A stretch of 64,000 nucleotides of DNA from Clostridia bacterium (lineage in GTDB: Bacteria > Bacillota > Clostridia > Christensenellales > Aristaeellaceae), in assembly GCA_017397765.1 (NCBI GenBank), contig JAFQIB010000001.1, positions 2,936 through 66,935 of the forward strand, written 5' to 3'. This document shows, one piece after another, positions 17,629-25,794 of the stretch. Both the position numbers and the translations under genes were made by a program. The notes below the pieces were generated by a model that saw nothing but the letters and a program-made list of their open reading frames with translations, did no database searches and was not told where the DNA came from. Numbering within the stretch: the stretch's first letter is position 1; each line of letters starts with the position of its first letter.

Positions 17629-18084
17629 ATGCCCAAAACCCTGACCGACAAGGAAGCCCACGAGGCAGCCGCTGTACTTGCATGCATTCTTGCCGTCACG
17701 ACAGGATTTACGCTGTCCGATGCAGCGCAGATGATCCTCGGAGACTGGCTGGGCCTTCCGCAAGCCGGGATGATCAGCCGCGCTGTGCTGGTCATCACCG
17801 TGGTTTGTGCGGTATGCAGCATGATCCTGTGGATGCTGCGCGGCGAATGGATGGCGCAGCGCTTTTCCGGCGCATGGCTGCCGGGCACCTTGCTGGGAAT
17901 TCCGGTCATGGCTGTTGTGAGCATTGCACTGGGCATCATGAGCCGGATCAATGAATCGCAGGCCTGGGTGGATGCGGAGCTTATGTTCCGGATTTCGCGC
18001 ATGCTCAGCGCGGCAGCAATGCCGTTGACGGCGCTCGGTTGCTGTCTGTATGTCGGCGTCAGGCGGCGCTGTATCAAAAAATGA
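17629..18084 (+). CDS. hypothetical membrane protein (4 predicted TM helices)
   Basis: Start at MPKTLTDKEAHE after AAAGGAG. Hydrophobic segments throughout and no recognisable motif. Interrupts the pyr cluster. Confidence 0.5.
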   Translation: MPKTLTDKEAHEAAAVLACILAVTTGFTLSDAAQMILGDWLGLPQAGMISRAVLVITVVCAVCSMILWMLRGEWMAQRFSGAWLPGTLLGIPVMAVVSIALGIMSRINESQAWVDAELMFRISRMLSAAAMPLTALGCCLYVGVRRRCIKK

Positions 18085-18148
18085 TTTTCACATGCCTTGC
18101 GCATGTTGAAATACAGAACAACAATGTGAATACAGGAGGATCACAACA

Positions 18149-18853
18149 ATGGCAAAGGACGTCATCATTGCCCTCGACTTTGAGAATAAGGAAAAGACCC
18201 TTGCGTTCCTGGATCAGTTCACCGGACGCAAGCCTTTCGTGAAGATCGGCATGGAGCTCTTCTACGCCGAAGGCCCCTCCATTGTCAAGGAGATCAAGGC
18301 CCGCGGCCACAAGATCTTCCTGGATCTGAAGCTGCACGACATCCCCAACACCGTCAAGAAGGCCATGGCCGTGCTGCGTCACCTGGACGTGGACATGACC
18401 AACCTGCATGCCTCCGGCACCATCGCCATGATGGAGGCCGCCAAGGAAGGTCTGACCAGGGAAGACGGCACCTGCGGCGTGCTGCTGGCTGTGACCCAGC
18501 TGACCTCCACCTCCGAGGAGCGCATGCAGAATGAGCTGCTCATCAACGCCTCCATGCCTGACACCGTGAAGAAGTACGCCCAGAACGCCAAGGCCGCTGG
18601 CCTCTCCGGCGTGGTGTGCTCCCCCCTGGAGGCTGCGCTGGTCAAGGAAGCCTGCGGCGCGGACTTCATGACCGTCACCCCCGGCATCCGCTTCGCTGAC
18701 GGCGACGTGGGCGATCAGGTGCGCATTATGACCCCCGAAAAGGCCAAGGCTGCCAGCGACTACATCGTCGTGGGCCGTCCCATCACTGCGGCGGCAGATC
18801 CCGTGGCGGCGTATAAGCGCTGTGTCCGCGAGTTCCTGGGCGAAGAGTGCTGA
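18149..18853 (+). CDS. pyrF: orotidine 5'-phosphate decarboxylase
   Basis: [27 protein letters not shown] and IVVGRPI motifs. Confidence 0.95.
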   Translation: MAKDVIIALDFENKEKTLAFLDQFTGRKPFVKIGMELFYAEGPSIVKEIKARGHKIFLDLKLHDIPNTVKKAMAVLRHLDVDMTNLHASGTIAMMEAAKEGLTREDGTCGVLLAVTQLTSTSEERMQNELLINASMPDTVKKYAQNAKAAGLSGVVCSPLEAALVKEACGADFMTVTPGIRFADGDVGDQVRIMTPEKAKAASDYIVVGRPITAAADPVAAYKRCVREFLGEEC

Positions 18854-18906
18854 GCCCAAAGGCTCTCCTTCCGGGAGAACTGTCAGCGGAACTGACTGAG
18901 AGGGCA
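18854..18906. repeat. GC-rich palindromic unit (family P)
   Basis: GCCCAAAGGCTCTCCTTCCGGGAGAACTGTCAGCGGAACTGACTGAGAGGGC is the reverse-orientation relative of 36825-36876 and 12637-12683. It begins at the base after the pyrF stop. A second hairpin, GGCGGGGGCtttccgatcGCCCCCGCC, follows. Confidence 0.8.
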
Positions 18907-19029
18907 TGGACTGCAGGGCGTTTCGCCTCTGCGGAGGCGAGGCGGGGGCTTTCCGATCGCCCCCGCCACCCCTTCGGCCCCAATAAATGTTAGCTGAAAG
19001 ATTTTGTGATAGAAAAGGAGATCATAACA

Positions 19030-19686
19030 ATGGAAGCTTACAAGCATGAGTTTATCGAGTTCCTCGAGTCTGCCGGCGTGCTGAAGTTTGGTGATTTCAC
19101 CGCCAAGTCCGGCCGCAAGATCCCTTACTTCATCAATGCCGGTGATATCAAGACCGGCGACCAGATCGCCAAGCTGGGCGAGTTCTACGCCCGTGCCTAC
19201 ATGGAGAAGATCGGCAACAAGCGCACCGTGCTGTACGGCCCCGCCTACAAGGGCATCTCCATCGCTGTGTCCTCTGCCGTGGCGCTGAGCAAGCAGGGCC
19301 TGGACGTGCCCTTCTTCTTCAACCGCAAGGAAGTGAAGGATCACGGCGAGGGCGGCGTGTTCGTGGGCTATGTGCCCAAGGCTGGTGAAGAGGTCGTCAT
19401 CGTGGAGGACGTGATTACCGCCGGTACCGCCATCCGTGAGAGCATGGCTATCCTGGGCAATCTGGAGGGCGTGAAGGTTGCCGCGACCTTCATCATGGTC
19501 GACCGCAAGGAAAAGGGTAAGACCGAGAAGTCTGCCATGGCCGAGGTGCAGGATGAGTTCGGCTTCCCGGTGTACTCCGTCGTCGATGTGTACGACATCA
19601 TCGAGTACCTCGAGGTGGACGAGAAGAACGCCGAGAATGTGCAGCGCATCAAGAACTACCTGGCCGTGAACGGTGCAAAAGCGTAA
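19030..19686 (+). CDS. pyrE: orotate phosphoribosyltransferase
   Basis: Start at MEAYKHEF after AAAGGAG. PRPP-binding motif VVIVEDVITAGTA. Confidence 0.9.
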   Translation: MEAYKHEFIEFLESAGVLKFGDFTAKSGRKIPYFINAGDIKTGDQIAKLGEFYARAYMEKIGNKRTVLYGPAYKGISIAVSSAVALSKQGLDVPFFFNRKEVKDHGEGGVFVGYVPKAGEEVVIVEDVITAGTAIRESMAILGNLEGVKVAATFIMVDRKEKGKTEKSAMAEVQDEFGFPVYSVVDVYDIIEYLEVDEKNAENVQRIKNYLAVNGAKA

Positions 19687-19696
19687 GCTTTTGCAC

Positions 19697-19810
19697 CGAA
19701 TTCGGAATTATGAATTCGGAATTAGGAATTAAGCTACTGGAACGGAATACGGTGGTCGGAGCAAAGTATACACTTTCAATTCCGCATTCCGAATTCCGCA
19801 TTCCGAATTT
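19697..19810. repeat. Palindromic heptamer-array element, copy B
   Basis: Left arm is AATTCGG/AATTATG/AATTCGG/AATTAGG+AATT. A 47-bp centre follows. Right arm is AATTCCG/CATTCCG/AATTCCG/CATTCCG+AATT. Same architecture and length as copy A. Confidence 0.9.
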
Positions 19811-19831
19811 GGCGACTGAAAGGAGCCACCC

Positions 19832-20752
19832 ATGCGTCATTTGATTGATATTACGGACTTTACGGTTGAGGAGATCGAGGGTATCCTTGATCTGGGCGAT
19901 CAGATGATTGCCGATCCGGCAGCGTACCGCGAGAGCCTGCGGGGCCGTATTCTGGCGACGCTGTTCTTTGAGCCGAGCACCCGGACCCGTCTGAGCTTTG
20001 AAAGCGCCATGCTTTCCCTGGGCGGCAGCGTGCTGGGCTTCTCCTCGGCAGATTCCTCCTCCACCGCGAAGGGCGAATCCCTGATGGATACCATCCGTAC
20101 GGTCAGCTGCTATTCGGATATCATCGCCATGCGCCATCCCAAGGAGGGCGCGCCCATGGCGGGCAGCCTCAAGTCCTATGTGCCGATCATCAACGCAGGT
20201 GACGGCGGACATAATCATCCCACCCAGACCCTGACCGACCTGATGACCATCCGCCGCTGCAAGGGCCGGCTGTCCAATATGGTGGTGGGCCTGTGCGGTG
20301 ATCTGAAGTTTGGCCGCACGGTGCATTCCCTGATCGGCGCGATGAGCCGGTATGAGGGCGTGGAGTTCGTGCTGATCTCTCCGCCGGAGCTGAAGGTGCC
20401 CTCCTATATCACGGAGGAGCTGAAGGTCAAGGGGATTCCCTTCCGCGAGGTGGAGACGATGGAGGAGGTCATGCCGGAGCTGGACGTGCTGTACATGACC
20501 CGCGTGCAGAAGGAGCGCTTCTTCAATGAGGCGGACTATATCCGCCTGAAGGATACCTATATCCTCGATCCGGAGAAGCTGCGCACGGCCAAGGCGGACA
20601 TGTCCATCCTGCATCCGCTGCCCCGCGTGAATGAGATCTCCACCAGGGTGGATGACGATCCCCGCGCGGTCTACTTCGATCAGGTGCGCAACGGCCGCTT
20701 TGTCCGCATGGCGCTGATCACGACGCTGCTGAACTGGAGGGAGAACGCATGA
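19832..20752 (+). CDS. pyrB: aspartate carbamoyltransferase catalytic subunit
   Basis: [13 protein letters not shown] and HPLPR motifs. Confidence 0.95.
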   Translation: MRHLIDITDFTVEEIEGILDLGDQMIADPAAYRESLRGRILATLFFEPSTRTRLSFESAMLSLGGSVLGFSSADSSSTAKGESLMDTIRTVSCYSDIIAMRHPKEGAPMAGSLKSYVPIINAGDGGHNHPTQTLTDLMTIRRCKGRLSNMVVGLCGDLKFGRTVHSLIGAMSRYEGVEFVLISPPELKVPSYITEELKVKGIPFREVETMEEVMPELDVLYMTRVQKERFFNEADYIRLKDTYILDPEKLRTAKADMSILHPLPRVNEISTRVDDDPRAVYFDQVRNGRFVRMALITTLLNWRENA

Positions 20753-21180
20753 ATATCGACGCCATCCACTCCGGCATCGTGCTGGATCATATCAAGGCGG
20801 GCCGCGGCATGGACGTCTACCGTTTCCTGAAGCTGGACGAGGTGGACTGCCCGGTGGCCTACATCCGCAATGTGCGCAGCAATGCGCTGGGCCGCAAGGA
20901 CATCATCAAGATCGATTCCGAGATCCAGGTGGATCTGGATGTGCTGGGCTATATTGATCCCGGCATTACGGTCAACATCATCAAGGACGGCAAGCTGGTG
21001 GAGAAGAAGAAGCTCTCTCTGCCGGAAAAGCTGGTCAATGTGATCACCTGCAAGAATCCCCGGTGCATCACCACTGTGGAAAACGCGCTGGATCAGCATT
21101 TCATCCTCAAGGATCGTGCGCGCGGCATTTACCGCTGCATGTTCTGCGATGCGGAAAGAAAATCAAAGGCGCTGCGGTAA
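20749..21180 (+). CDS. pyrI: aspartate carbamoyltransferase regulatory subunit
   Basis: 143 aa with a C-terminal Zn motif CKNPRC...YRCMFC. 4-nt overlap with pyrB. Confidence 0.9.
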   Translation: MNIDAIHSGIVLDHIKAGRGMDVYRFLKLDEVDCPVAYIRNVRSNALGRKDIIKIDSEIQVDLDVLGYIDPGITVNIIKDGKLVEKKKLSLPEKLVNVITCKNPRCITTVENALDQHFILKDRARGIYRCMFCDAERKSKALR

Positions 21181-21204
21181 TCGCGGAGTATCCCCAAAAC
21201 AAAC

Positions 21205-21236
21205 GGCCCGGCATGCCAGAAACGGCGTGCCGGGCC
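21205..21236. terminator. Hairpin between convergent genes (likely bidirectional terminator)
   Basis: GGCCCGGCAtgccagaaacggcgTGCCGGGCC. Flanked by an A-rich run upstream and TTGCAATTT downstream. Confidence 0.55.
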
Positions 21237-21260
21237 TTGCAATTTCGGAAGGTGACAGGG

Positions 21261-22007
21261 TCAGCCCCGGCCTCCGCTGAGGTATTTGATCCGCAGGACA
21301 TTGCCGGTATGGGCGTCGATCAGCAGATCAAAGATGCTGTCCGTGCCGGAGAAGCACAGATGCCAGTATTCCTGCCCATCTTCGCATTGGAGGACGCCTT
21401 TTTCGATGATGATGCGGTAAATGGCCAGCTCTTCGTCGGTCAGGGCGTAAATGTCCCTCAGTGCCGCATTGGCGGTCTTATGCAGCTGCTCTGCGGGGAT
21501 GTCCGCCCATTCCAGCGGCTTCCAGGTGTAGGTCAGGCCTTCGTGATACTTGGGCGAAGCGAAGTCCTCCTGGAGGGGATCAATGTAGGGCTCGACCCAG
21601 TAGTCCCGGCGAAGGACGCCCTGGTTGAAATAGGTTTGCAGCTGCGCATGGCCCCAGACCGGGGAAGCTGGATCGCCGGATTGTTTCAGGGCAGCGTCCT
21701 TGTCGTCATGGCTCCAGGAAATCTCCGCGGTTTCGCCGCTGAGGGTAACGGTGTATTCTCCCAGACGATCCATGGGCAGGAAGTCGTAGGGCTTGAACAC
21801 CACACGGGCGCTGTCCTCCGTCAGGGTGATCTCCGGGCAGAAGACGCCCACGGTGGTGATGCTGAAGCCGTAGGTTTCCCGAAGCAGGGCGAGCGCGGCC
21901 TTCAGGGCAGTCAGCTCCGGCGGGTAAACGGGGACTTCGGCGGTTGCAGCAAAGGCGGGAACCAGCAGCATCATCAGTGCAGTGAGCAGGGCCAGCATTT
22001 GTTTCAT
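21261..22007 (-). CDS. secreted hypothetical protein with a PepSY-like C-terminal motif
   Basis: Signal peptide MKQMLALLTALMMLLVPAFAATA. C-terminal LLIDAHTGNVLRI resembles the PepSY signature. Otherwise unrecognised. Confidence 0.5.
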   Translation of the reverse strand: MKQMLALLTALMMLLVPAFAATAEVPVYPPELTALKAALALLRETYGFSITTVGVFCPEITLTEDSARVVFKPYDFLPMDRLGEYTVTLSGETAEISWSHDDKDAALKQSGDPASPVWGHAQLQTYFNQGVLRRDYWVEPYIDPLQEDFASPKYHEGLTYTWKPLEWADIPAEQLHKTANAALRDIYALTDEELAIYRIIIEKGVLQCEDGQEYWHLCFSGTDSIFDLLIDAHTGNVLRIKYLSGGRG

Positions 22008-22190
22008 AGAGATTCCTCCTTTCCGGGAAGGGCGTCAGACAAACCCTTCACCTACATAGACGACATCCGGGAGGAAAAAACTGCGCCGTCAGGAAAGATT
22101 TACAATGCGTAACATACTGACGGCCCTGTCCTGTTGAAAACCGCCTGCCGGCTGTGCTATAATGAAAACAAGAAGTAAAGGAGGGCTCAT

Positions 22191-22805
22191 ATGAAGAAGC
22201 TGCTTGTGTTCCTGCTGGGCTTGCTGATGATTGCATCTGCTGCTCTGGCAGAGTTCAATATCGCTGCGCTCAGGGAGGACCCGGATTTTTATATGCGGGA
22301 TATCCCCGGCTCGGTGGATACGCTGTATTGCTCTATGAATCCGCCCTATCAGGGAGAACTGAATGAAGGCTATGACGGCGAGCTGGTTGTTTATATGGAC
22401 TATATGACGCTGGTGGATGCGGAGGCAACCGTGCCGCGGCTGATGGTTTCCACCGTGGCCTATGACCAGGCGCTCAATGCGGACCGCCTGCGGATGACCG
22501 TTGGCGGCAAGACCTACACCTTCGTTGTCACCCATGTGGAATCGGAATACGACGGCGTGTACATGGAGGACTACACCACCCTGCTGGTGGGCGAGGGGCT
22601 AAACATGCTCAAAGCCATTGCCCAGCAGAAGAAGGACAACCCGATCCCGGTGGAGCTGCAGTGTCTTGGAGAAACCGTGTTTGCCGGACAGGTGGTGCTG
22701 CCCGGAGAAGCGGCGGCTGATCGGTATGACCGGTGGATCGATCTGGGCGGCAAGCAGCAGAATCTCAAGCCGCTGGAGGAACTCTGGCCCTGCGAGAAAA
22801 AGTAA
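22191..22805 (+). CDS. secreted hypothetical protein
   Basis: Signal peptide MKKLLVFLLGLLMIASAALA, AAAGGAGG RBS, coding-like composition. No recognisable motif. Confidence 0.5.
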   Translation: MKKLLVFLLGLLMIASAALAEFNIAALREDPDFYMRDIPGSVDTLYCSMNPPYQGELNEGYDGELVVYMDYMTLVDAEATVPRLMVSTVAYDQALNADRLRMTVGGKTYTFVVTHVESEYDGVYMEDYTTLLVGEGLNMLKAIAQQKKDNPIPVELQCLGETVFAGQVVLPGEAAADRYDRWIDLGGKQQNLKPLEELWPCEKK

Positions 22806-22843
22806 TTCTCAATTTGTAATATAGTGTGTACAGCAAACAATGA

Positions 22844-22879
22844 GCCCCGAAGGAAATGCGTTCCTCCGGGGCGTTTTTG
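22844..22879 (+). terminator. Rho-independent terminator
   Basis: GCCCCGAAGGAAatgcgTTCCTCCGGGGC followed by GTTTTTG. Confidence 0.75.
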
Positions 22880-22958
22880 TGTCTGTTTCAGGTATAGCGG
22901 CGCAAAGGTGCAGCAAACGCTATGAAGCAAGAAGAATTACGAATGAAGAATCCGTGAT

Positions 22959-23405
22959 TCAAAATCCTGCATAGCCCATCATTTCCGTCATTTCCTGAAG
23001 CTTTTCCAGCGGGAAGGGCGGATGGGTCAGGGGCTTCATGGCGATGGACATGAGCTTCATCGGATTGTCGTCTGCTGCGACGCGGTTGGAGGAGATCCAT
23101 CCGCAGATGCGGCAGCGGTGTACGATGGCCCATTCGCCGCCCTTGCGGACCCATACGGCAATGGGCTCCATCTGTCCGCCGCAGTCTGCCTCCCGATCGC
23201 CGGGCTCAATGTCCAGATGCAGGCTGGTGAGGCAGTTGGGGCAGTGGTTGCGGTGATCGCTTCCCGCGCCTTCCGGCACGCAGAGACGGCCGCAGCACTT
23301 GCAGGTAAAGGGCTCGTTGCAGGGATGATGCTTGTAATAATGCTTGTCGTACTGTTTGCGCTTGTTTTCGCGATTCATGGGTGTGTTATTCCTCTCCATA
23401 GTCAT
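22959..23405 (-). CDS. RNHCP domain-containing protein
   Basis: Literal RNHCP motif (GSDHRNHCPNCLTSLH) plus Cys pairs CKCCGRLC and CRIC. The start is uncertain: Met1 has no SD, and Met10 lies 12 nt after GGAGAGG. Confidence 0.7.
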   Translation of the reverse strand: MTMERNNTPMNRENKRKQYDKHYYKHHPCNEPFTCKCCGRLCVPEGAGSDHRNHCPNCLTSLHLDIEPGDREADCGGQMEPIAVWVRKGGEWAIVHRCRICGWISSNRVAADDNPMKLMSIAMKPLTHPPFPLEKLQEMTEMMGYAGF

Positions 23406-23630
23406 TCAGTATACAGATATGAATGAATGCGGGAGGATTGCGGGGTGCAAACCTCCCGGTTTACACGGCTGCCTCTTTCTTATTCAACATGTAACACATT
23501 TTCCTTTCTATGGGTCGAGAGGAAACGGGAACGGCTTGACGCCGAGACGAGGGTCATCCTTTCGGTGCGCGATGGCGCGGGTTCAGGGCATTACCCTGAC
23601 GTAGATGATGGGTCAGCCTCCTTGAATATT

Positions 23631-23742
23631 TTAATTATGAATTATGAATTAGGAATTAGGAATTTGGTTGCTGAACCGGCGGGGGCTCAGGGCAGATTTC
23701 ACATATTCAATTCCTGATTCCTCATTCGTCATTCCTTATTCC
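23631..23742. repeat. Palindromic heptamer-array element, copy C (degenerate)
   Basis: Left arm is AATTATG/AATTATG/AATTAGG/AATTAGG+AATT. A 43-bp centre follows. Right arm is AATTCCT/GATTCCT/CATTCGT/CATTCCT. Same architecture as A and B, but diverged. Confidence 0.75.
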
Positions 23743-23750
23743 GCTTGAGG

Positions 23751-24530
23751 TTACAGGGTGACTTCGAGTTTCGCGGCGCGGCCGATGAAGGTGCATTCGT
23801 TGACCTGCGCGGTTTCGGCGTCGTACTCCTTGTCAAAGGACTGGAGGATCACGGTGAAGTCCGCCAGCTTCTTGACCTTGCGCAGGAAGCGATGGCTGTT
23901 GTATTCCACCAGCATGATCGCGCCGTCGATGGGGGAGTGGGCGGGGACGATCAGGGCCAGATCGCCCTGATGGATGCGGAATCCCCGCATGCTGTCATCC
24001 GGCACGAGGTAGTAGAAGACCTTGTCCGGGTTTGCCCCCTCGATCTTGCCCGAGACAATGGGCAGCAGGCGGTGATCAATGGGCTTCATGATGGCGTTCA
24101 TCACCGGCACATGCTTGAGCACGCTGGTGAGGGCGTCCAGCCAGATGGAGCCGCCTACGCCCTTTTCCTCCGTGTCGGTGGAGACATTCTTGCTGCCGGA
24201 GGGCGCTCTGCCGCCGGTGGAGGCGACCAGCTCCGCTTCCGGCTCAACGGGCCGGGGACGGGGGGCCGTGACGGTCTTTGCCGTCGGGGAGGCAACAGTG
24301 GCCAGATCGACCGTGGCGGCAATATCGTCCAGGGAGAAATCAGCCTCCGTCTGCTCCCGCAGGCCGATGGCCTTGAGGATACGGCGGGCCTGATCGTCCG
24401 CAATAATCTTGGTGCCCTTTTCCACAGCGACGAGGTAGCTCTCCGCCACGCCGCATTTCTTGGCAACCTGCTTGGGGGTCAGCTTGGCACGGATGCGCTC
24501 CGTGCGGATCAAATCTCCGAGTCGGCTCAA
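23751..24530 (-). CDS. XRE-family HTH repressor fused to an S24 (LexA/CI-like) peptidase domain
   Basis: N-terminal HTH LTPKQVAKKCGVAESYLVAVEKG, then a P/A/T-rich linker of about 90 aa. The C-terminal S24 motifs are VPDDSM (Ser) and FLRKVKKL (Lys). Confidence 0.8.
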   Translation of the reverse strand: MSRLGDLIRTERIRAKLTPKQVAKKCGVAESYLVAVEKGTKIIADDQARRILKAIGLREQTEADFSLDDIAATVDLATVASPTAKTVTAPRPRPVEPEAELVASTGGRAPSGSKNVSTDTEEKGVGGSIWLDALTSVLKHVPVMNAIMKPIDHRLLPIVSGKIEGANPDKVFYYLVPDDSMRGFRIHQGDLALIVPAHSPIDGAIMLVEYNSHRFLRKVKKLADFTVILQSFDKEYDAETAQVNECTFIGRAAKLEVTL

Positions 24531-24624
24531 GGTCTTCGACCTCTTTCTTTCATCATGATGATGCTATTGTACTGCATTTTGGCGGTGGATGCAAGGAACT
24601 TTTCTGGTTTTCCCAGATTGGACA

Positions 24625-24653
24625 TTGACAGACGCTTCCATCAGGTGTATACT
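24625..24653 (+). promoter_or_regulatory. sigma-A type promoter for the ABC-2 operon
   Basis: TTGACA-17 nt-TATACT, about 170 nt upstream of the ATPase start. Confidence 0.6.
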
Positions 24654-24742
24654 GACGCTCCAAAACACATAGCGATATTGCGACATCTGCAAAAGAAAAG
24701 GTTCTCCAGAGGAACTGTGCAGCGCTGTCTGAACTGCGGGAA

Positions 24743-24775
24743 AGCCATCCGCGCTTCAGATGGCGCTGTTTTTTC
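24743..24775 (+). terminator. Candidate leader terminator (attenuator) upstream of the ABC ATPase
   Basis: GCCATCcgcgcttcaGATGGC followed by GCTGTTTTTT. Lies between the promoter and the RBS. The stem is short (6 bp). Confidence 0.35.
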
Positions 24776-24822
24776 GTTCCGTCGTTCGGCATGTTCGCAG
24801 AATACGAGGAGGAATGTACTCT

Positions 24823-25794
24823 ATGGCATTCATCGAAGCACAGTCGCTCAGCAAGACCTATACACGGCACAACGCCCCCAAAAGCGGCGGCATCTCCCGG
24901 CTGTGGCGGCGGGAGATCCAGCAGATCCAGGCGCTGACCGACGCCAGCTTCTCCATTGAGCGGGGAGAGCTGGTCGGGCTGATCGGCCCCAACGGCGCCG
25001 GAAAAAGCACAACAGTCAAGCTGCTGACCGGCATTCTGACGCCCACCGGCGGCGAGTGCCGGGTGAACGGACGAACCCCGTGGGAGAACCGCCGGGAGCA
25101 TGTGCGCCACCTGGGCGCGGTGTTCGGCCAGCGGACGCAGCTGTGGTGGGACGTGCCGATCCGCGATTCCTTCCTGCTGCTGCGGGATATCTACGATATT
25201 GACCATGCGGTGTGGCAAAAGCGCCTGGATGCGCTGGTGGAGGCGCTGGAGCTGGGGGAATTCCTGAATGCGCCGCTGCGCCAGCTGTCCCTGGGCCAAA
25301 GGATGCGGGCGGAGCTCTGCGGAAGCCTCCTGCATGCCCCGGAGCTGCTCTTCCTGGATGAGCCCACCATTGGCCTGGATGCAGTGAGCAAGCTGAAGCT
25401 GCGGGCCTTCCTGAAGGAGGAGAACCGGCGAAACGGTACGACGATCCTGCTGACGACCCATGATATGGAGGATATGCTGGCCCTGTGCAGCCGCGTGATG
25501 GTGCTGGGGCGCGGAAGGCTCCTGTACGACGGCGCGCTGGATGCGCTGCTGCGGCAGTACGATACGGTGCATACGCTCCGGGTGGTCTTTGAGGAAGCCC
25601 CGGAGATCGCGGCGCTGCCTGCCCATGTCACCCGGGACGGCGACGCCTATGTCCTGACCTACGAGCCTGCAAAAATGCCCACCAGCGAGCTGCTGCCGCA
25701 GGTGCTTTCCGCCGGCCGGGTGCGTGAAATGACCCTCAAGGAGCAGAACGTGGATGAGCTCATCGCCCGCATGTATAAGGAGATGGCGCTGTGA
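24823..25794 (+). CDS. ABC transporter ATP-binding protein
   Basis: Walker A GPNGAGKST, signature LSLGQRMR, Walker B LLFLDEPT. Start chosen 10 nt after GAGGAGG (an alternative ATG is at 24814). Confidence 0.9.
   Translation: MAFIEAQSLSKTYTRHNAPKSGGISRLWRREIQQIQALTDASFSIERGELVGLIGPNGAGKSTTVKLLTGILTPTGGECRVNGRTPWENRREHVRHLGAVFGQRTQLWWDVPIRDSFLLLRDIYDIDHAVWQKRLDALVEALELGEFLNAPLRQLSLGQRMRAELCGSLLHAPELLFLDEPTIGLDAVSKLKLRAFLKEENRRNGTTILLTTHDMEDMLALCSRVMVLGRGRLLYDGALDALLRQYDTVHTLRVVFEEAPEIAALPAHVTRDGDAYVLTYEPAKMPTSELLPQVLSAGRVREMTLKEQNVDELIARMYKEMAL

Noticed and set aside
23751-24530. I considered whether the XRE-S24 repressor marks a prophage or other integrated element.
   Set aside because: There is no integrase, no phage structural or replication genes, and no att-like repeats on either side within the window. 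The neighbours are ordinary chromosomal genes.
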